Part shown: positions 60,101 through 64,000 of the stretch, in pieces
Layout of the letters: each line of letters opens with the position of its first letter
Numbering within the stretch: the first letter of the stretch is position 1
Source: Candidatus Bathyarchaeota archaeon
Lineage (GTDB): Archaea > Thermoproteota > Bathyarchaeia > Hecatellales > Hecatellaceae
DNA: 64,000 nucleotides
Assembly: GCA_052246995.1 (NCBI GenBank)
Contig: JBQPWD010000004.1
Location: 32,001-96,000, forward strand
Direction of reading: 5' to 3'
The notes under the pieces: generated by a model
What the model was told of the DNA's origin: nothing
Seen by the model: the letters and a program-made list of their open reading frames with translations, nothing else
Database searches by the model: none
Position numbers and translations under genes: made by a program

Positions 60101-61135
60101 TCAAGGTACTAAAACAGCCCTACCTTCAATTTCCCCCTTTCTTAACGTTTCAAGAGCTTCATTAGCCTCCTCCAATTTAAACCTTCTAATAAACGATTTG
60201 ACCCTACCTTTTTTTGCTAAAACTATAATCTCTCGAAGTTCATTAATTCCTCCGTAAAAACTTCCAACAACCTCATACTCAAAGATTATTGTATCAAAAA
60301 CTGGTAAGGTAAATGTCTGACCTGAAAGACCAACAGGAACAAGCGTACCTCCCTTACAAAGCATACGTACACTTGTTGGAAGAGTTTCTGCACCAACAAA
60401 ATCTAAAACAACGTTTACACCTCTAAAACCAGTAATCTTTCCAACAACTTCCTCCAAAACGTTAACCTTTTTAGAATTTACCAGATAAGTTGCACCAAGT
60501 GAAGCCGCGATTTCAAGTTTTCTATCAGAAACATCCACAGCTACAACATTTGTTTCCGGCGTCAAAACCTTCAAAAACTGGATGGCATACTGACCTAAAC
60601 CTCCAACACCAACAACAGCAACAAAACTGTCAGGATAAAGTTTACCCAAAACCTTTTTAATTGCAGAATAGGGAGTTAAAGCTGCATCTGTAAGGGGTGC
60701 AGCTTCAACCGGGTCTAAACCGTCAATTTTAACTAAACCTCTATAAGTTTTATAGTAAACATACTCAGCATAACCACCATCCGCACCAACTAACCCCATC
60801 ATAACTGGGACATCACAAAGCTCAGACCGTCCACTACGACAATATCTACATGCCTCACAACTCCAACCACCAGGTACAACAACAGGATCCCCAATCTTAA
60901 AATCTACAACCTTATCTCCAACTTCAGCAACCCAGCCAGCATTTTCATGACCAGGGGTTATTGGAAGAGTTGTTGGAAGAATATTCCTCCAGTGACCTTC
61001 AACAAAATGAAGATCACTATGACAAACCCCTGCCCCACCAATTTTTATAAGAACCTCCTCACCTGAAACCTTAGGTACAGAAACGTCCACAAGCCTTAAT
61101 GGCTGTCCATACTCGTATAAACGCATAGCCCTCAA
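60101..61135 (-). CDS. Zn-dependent NAD(P) alcohol dehydrogenase
   Basis: GVCHSD, PGHE, structural Zn CEACRYC...C, GVGGLG. Confidence 0.95.
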   Translation of the reverse strand: MRAMRLYEYGQPLRLVDVSVPKVSGEEVLIKIGGAGVCHSDLHFVEGHWRNILPTTLPITPGHENAGWVAEVGDKVVDFKIGDPVVVPGGWSCEACRYCRSGRSELCDVPVMMGLVGADGGYAEYVYYKTYRGLVKIDGLDPVEAAPLTDAALTPYSAIKKVLGKLYPDSFVAVVGVGGLGQYAIQFLKVLTPETNVVAVDVSDRKLEIAASLGATYLVNSKKVNVLEEVVGKITGFRGVNVVLDFVGAETLPTSVRMLCKGGTLVPVGLSGQTFTLPVFDTIIFEYEVVGSFYGGINELREIIVLAKKGRVKSFIRRFKLEEANEALETLRKGEIEGRAVLVP

Positions 61136-61305
61136 AAATAAAACACCCTAAACATTCCTCCACGTAGGGCTTATATAAACTCTATCAACGTTAAAGGGTA
61201 AAATTGGCTGAAAAGGTGGTGTAAAGGTTGATTAAGAATTGAAGAATCCAAAAAATTAAATTATTAAAGATTAAAAAGCAACATTCCTATGAAAAAAGGA
61301 GAATG

Positions 61306-63180
61306 TTAGATTTTGCATGCTACAAAAAAGGCTTCATGTACAGCATTTATTATCCTGCGAGGTTGAACACAATCTCCAATAAAAATGCATGGGGCTTCAA
61401 CTTCAAACTCCACTTTTCTAGGCTTCATACCAACAGCAACAATCAAGGTTTCAAACTGTATTTTTGCTATCTCGCCATTAAGCTTCCCAACAATAGAGTT
61501 ACCCTCAATCTTCTCAACCTTAAAATTACAAGTCCACTTTACACCAGCTCTTCTAAGCTCTCTTAACAAGGAAAGCCTATAATTTCTCTCTGCATCTAGC
61601 AATATATCTGGTAAAACTTCAAGAATTGTCACATCTCTACCCTCTGCAACGTGGAGAGCAGTTTCACATCCAACTCTTCCACCACCCAATATTACAACCT
61701 TCTTGCCAACCTCAACCTTACCCAAAAGCACGTCAACCGCGGTTACAGCCTGCTCAACTCCAGGAATTTTAGGCTTATCCGGCTTAGAGCCTGTTGCAAC
61801 TATTACAACATCAGGTTTCATCTCTTTTAGCCTGCCTGTATCAACCTCAAAGTTTAGTCTAACCTCAACACCCAGCTTATGTACTTGTTGCTTTAACCAC
61901 TCAAGATAGTCCTTAAAGTCGGACTTAAACTTTGGCGCTGAGGCGGCAATCAAATTTCCTCCTAAATCTGATGAAGCTTCGCAAAGAATAACTTCATGCC
62001 CCCTTATTTTAGCAATCCTTGCAGCTTCCATTCCTGCAGGTCCAGCCCCAACAACCACAACCCTCTTTTTTACCTCTGCTGGCTTAACTTTAAATTCTCT
62101 TCCAATTGCCGGGTTTACTGCACATTTTACTGTCAACTGTCTTAAACTAAATATTGTATCTATACATTCATTGCAACGTAAACAAGGTCTTATATCCTCC
62201 ACCCTGCCTTCTTTAAGCTTTATAGGTATTTCCGGGTCTGCAAGAAGAGCTCTTCCAAGAGCTACCAAATCAACCCTCCCACTTTTTACCAAGTCTTCAG
62301 CCATTTTTGCTGAAATTCCTCCAATTCCTATCACTGGCAATTTTGTAGACTTTTTCACCATTTCAGCCCCTTTAAGCAAAATTCCCTTTGGAACAATCAT
62401 TGGGGTTATGGCGAGAGAGCCACTTACATGAAAACAATCTACACTTTTCTCCAGCTCCTTAGCAAATCTTACTATTTCCTCATCGCTTATACCACCATAG
62501 GAGGGAAATACTCCATCCATCCGGAAAATTATAGGAATTCCTACGCTTCTCACTGAATCCACAACTTCAACCGCAAACCTTATCCTGTTTTCAAAACTTC
62601 CACCATAACCATCAGACCTTTTATTGGTGTTGGGGGATAAAAATTGGCTAATAAGCCATCCATGGGCACCGTTTACCTCAACAAAATCGAAACCACAATC
62701 CTTCGCCCTGCCAGCTGCTTCACCAAACATCCTTACCAGCTCTTTTATTTGTTCAAGCGTTAACTCATTGGCTTCCACGGTAAAAGTATGCCTTCCATGC
62801 ATAAACATAGGATACCCCACTCGTGAGGGGGCTAAAGGAATGTTACCTGTTATCTTAGGAGTTGAACAGCCCCCTGCATGGAAAAGCTGAATTGCAACCC
62901 TAGAGCCTCTTAACTTCACGCTTTCAGCAAGCTCACTTAATAAAAAACAAAACTTGTCATCATAAATTGCTAAACCTGCCTGTAAGTCTTTTGACCTCGA
63001 ATCGACAGCCGCACCTTCTACTATTATAAGTCCAACCCCATTCTCAGCAAACATTACATAATGGTTGATGTGTTTTTGTGTAACGTATCCTTCAACTCCA
63101 GCATTTACAGCCATTGGTGGAAGTACAAGCCTATTTGGAACCTCCACTCCTCCAATTGTTATGGGTTTAAATAACTCCAT
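61306..63180 (-). CDS. NADH:flavin oxidoreductase (2,4-dienoyl-CoA reductase / OYE + Fe-S + FAD type)
   Basis: PNRLVLPPM, QLFHAG, AHG.L..QFLSP..N.R.D.YGGS.ENR, CLRCNEC, GAGPAG, GGGRVG. Confidence 0.9.
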   Translation of the reverse strand: MELFKPITIGGVEVPNRLVLPPMAVNAGVEGYVTQKHINHYVMFAENGVGLIIVEGAAVDSRSKDLQAGLAIYDDKFCFLLSELAESVKLRGSRVAIQLFHAGGCSTPKITGNIPLAPSRVGYPMFMHGRHTFTVEANELTLEQIKELVRMFGEAAGRAKDCGFDFVEVNGAHGWLISQFLSPNTNKRSDGYGGSFENRIRFAVEVVDSVRSVGIPIIFRMDGVFPSYGGISDEEIVRFAKELEKSVDCFHVSGSLAITPMIVPKGILLKGAEMVKKSTKLPVIGIGGISAKMAEDLVKSGRVDLVALGRALLADPEIPIKLKEGRVEDIRPCLRCNECIDTIFSLRQLTVKCAVNPAIGREFKVKPAEVKKRVVVVGAGPAGMEAARIAKIRGHEVILCEASSDLGGNLIAASAPKFKSDFKDYLEWLKQQVHKLGVEVRLNFEVDTGRLKEMKPDVVIVATGSKPDKPKIPGVEQAVTAVDVLLGKVEVGKKVVILGGGRVGCETALHVAEGRDVTILEVLPDILLDAERNYRLSLLRELRRAGVKWTCNFKVEKIEGNSIVGKLNGEIAKIQFETLIVAVGMKPRKVEFEVEAPCIFIGDCVQPRRIINAVHEAFFVACKI

Positions 63181-63239
63181 AATGTTTTCACAAAAAAAAA
63201 TTGCCTGCTGAAATATTTAATAATTTTTATTTTAAAGGA

Positions 63240-63746
63240 TTACTCTGCTGGAGAAAATTCGTAGGTTAAAAGTCCTTCAGGCGTCCTTTTTACTACTGAA
63301 AGTTTAACCTTCATTTTGGGTTTAATTTTTCTTGGGTCATCAATGTTTAACCATGCTAAAACTTTAACACCTTCCTTCATCCGAGCAATACCTACAATAT
63401 AATCCTTGTAGTGTGCAAAAGTTGAGGGTTTAACTGATATCATTGTACATGTTACAAGCTCCCCTTCACCACTTAAAGGTATCCAATCCATGTCTGATGT
63501 TAAACATTTAGGGCAGTCGGCCTGTGGAGGGAAAAACTTTTCACCACATTTTTTGCACTGTGTTATGTAAACTTTACCTTCACGTAACCCATCAAAAAAC
63601 TTTTGAATCTTGTTTACACCAAACTGAAATCTTAATGGTAGTTCACGTGTACTAATATAAAGTGGAAGCTTTGTTTTAGCGTCCTCCATTAAAGGTAAAC
63701 CCTTCTCCTCAATAACTTTTTTAGCAATTTCACCTAGATTAGACAT
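63240..63746 (-). CDS. Zn-ribbon/OB-fold protein (DUF35, thiolase partner)
   Basis: CKKCG..FPP...CPKC followed by an OB-like region; downstream of thiolase. Confidence 0.88.
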   Translation of the reverse strand: MSNLGEIAKKVIEEKGLPLMEDAKTKLPLYISTRELPLRFQFGVNKIQKFFDGLREGKVYITQCKKCGEKFFPPQADCPKCLTSDMDWIPLSGEGELVTCTMISVKPSTFAHYKDYIVGIARMKEGVKVLAWLNIDDPRKIKPKMKVKLSVVKRTPEGLLTYEFSPAE

Positions 63747-63761
63747 TTAAAAACACCTCCC

Positions 63762-64000
63762 CTACCTACGCGGTTTTTCCAATGAAAGTATGGTTACATA
63801 TGCATAATGTCCTGTCCCGCCAATGTTGTGGGCTAAGGCTCTACCATTTTTAATTGTTGCTTGAGCTTCAGGATTAGCGTATTTACCATACTCTTGACGT
63901 AGCTGCTTAGTTAAGCTGTACATCATTGAGCAACCTGTAGCACCTATAGGATGCCCTTTAGCCTTTAAACCCCCATCAATATTCACAGGAATAAGACCAC
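63762..64000 (-). CDS. Thiolase family protein, 3' part; gene starts beyond the window edge
   Basis: [16 protein letters not shown] and HNIGG motifs of the SCP2-type thiolase C-terminus. Confidence 0.9.
   Translation of the reverse strand, partial: GLIPVNIDGGLKAKGHPIGATGCSMMYSLTKQLRQEYGKYANPEAQATIKNGRALAHNIGGTGHYAYVTILSLEKPRR

Noticed and set aside
344-62890. Many 60-150 aa ORFs nested in or antisense to well-supported genes (e.g. 344-745, 4589-4912, 36464-36919, 47314-47712)
   Set aside because: Shadow ORFs with no recognisable motifs, fully overlapping confident CDS.
1-64000. CRISPR array, cas genes, IS elements, rRNA
   Set aside because: No regularly spaced direct repeats, transposase motifs or long GC-rich RNA genes were seen by eye.

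Overview
AT-rich archaeal chromosome segment. The gene content (psmB-aCPSF1, SepF, GatE, Taw3, NurA-HerA-Mre11-Rad50, CofG/CofH, stand-alone HdrA, PAC2 pair, presenilin homolog, intron-containing tRNA-Tyr) suggests a TACK-type anaerobic heterotroph such as Bathyarchaeia; this taxon is an inference. It holds about 55 CDS, two of them small genes missing from the ORF track, plus four tRNAs and two interrupted genes. No CRISPR array, integrase or IS element was seen. Main observations: (1) an aldehyde:ferredoxin oxidoreductase fused in frame to a complete 3-hexulose-6-phosphate-synthase-like domain; (2) three uncharacterised winged-helix proteins heading the nurA-herA-mre11-rad50 operon, behind a promoter with a 13-bp inverted repeat and helically phased ACG motifs; (3) an HdrA-MvhD fusion whose MvhD domain has no cysteines; (4) cofG and cofH separated by one in-frame amber codon; (5) tandem nucleotidyltransferase and PAC2 paralog pairs. 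All family calls come from motif recognition by eye; no database searches were run.
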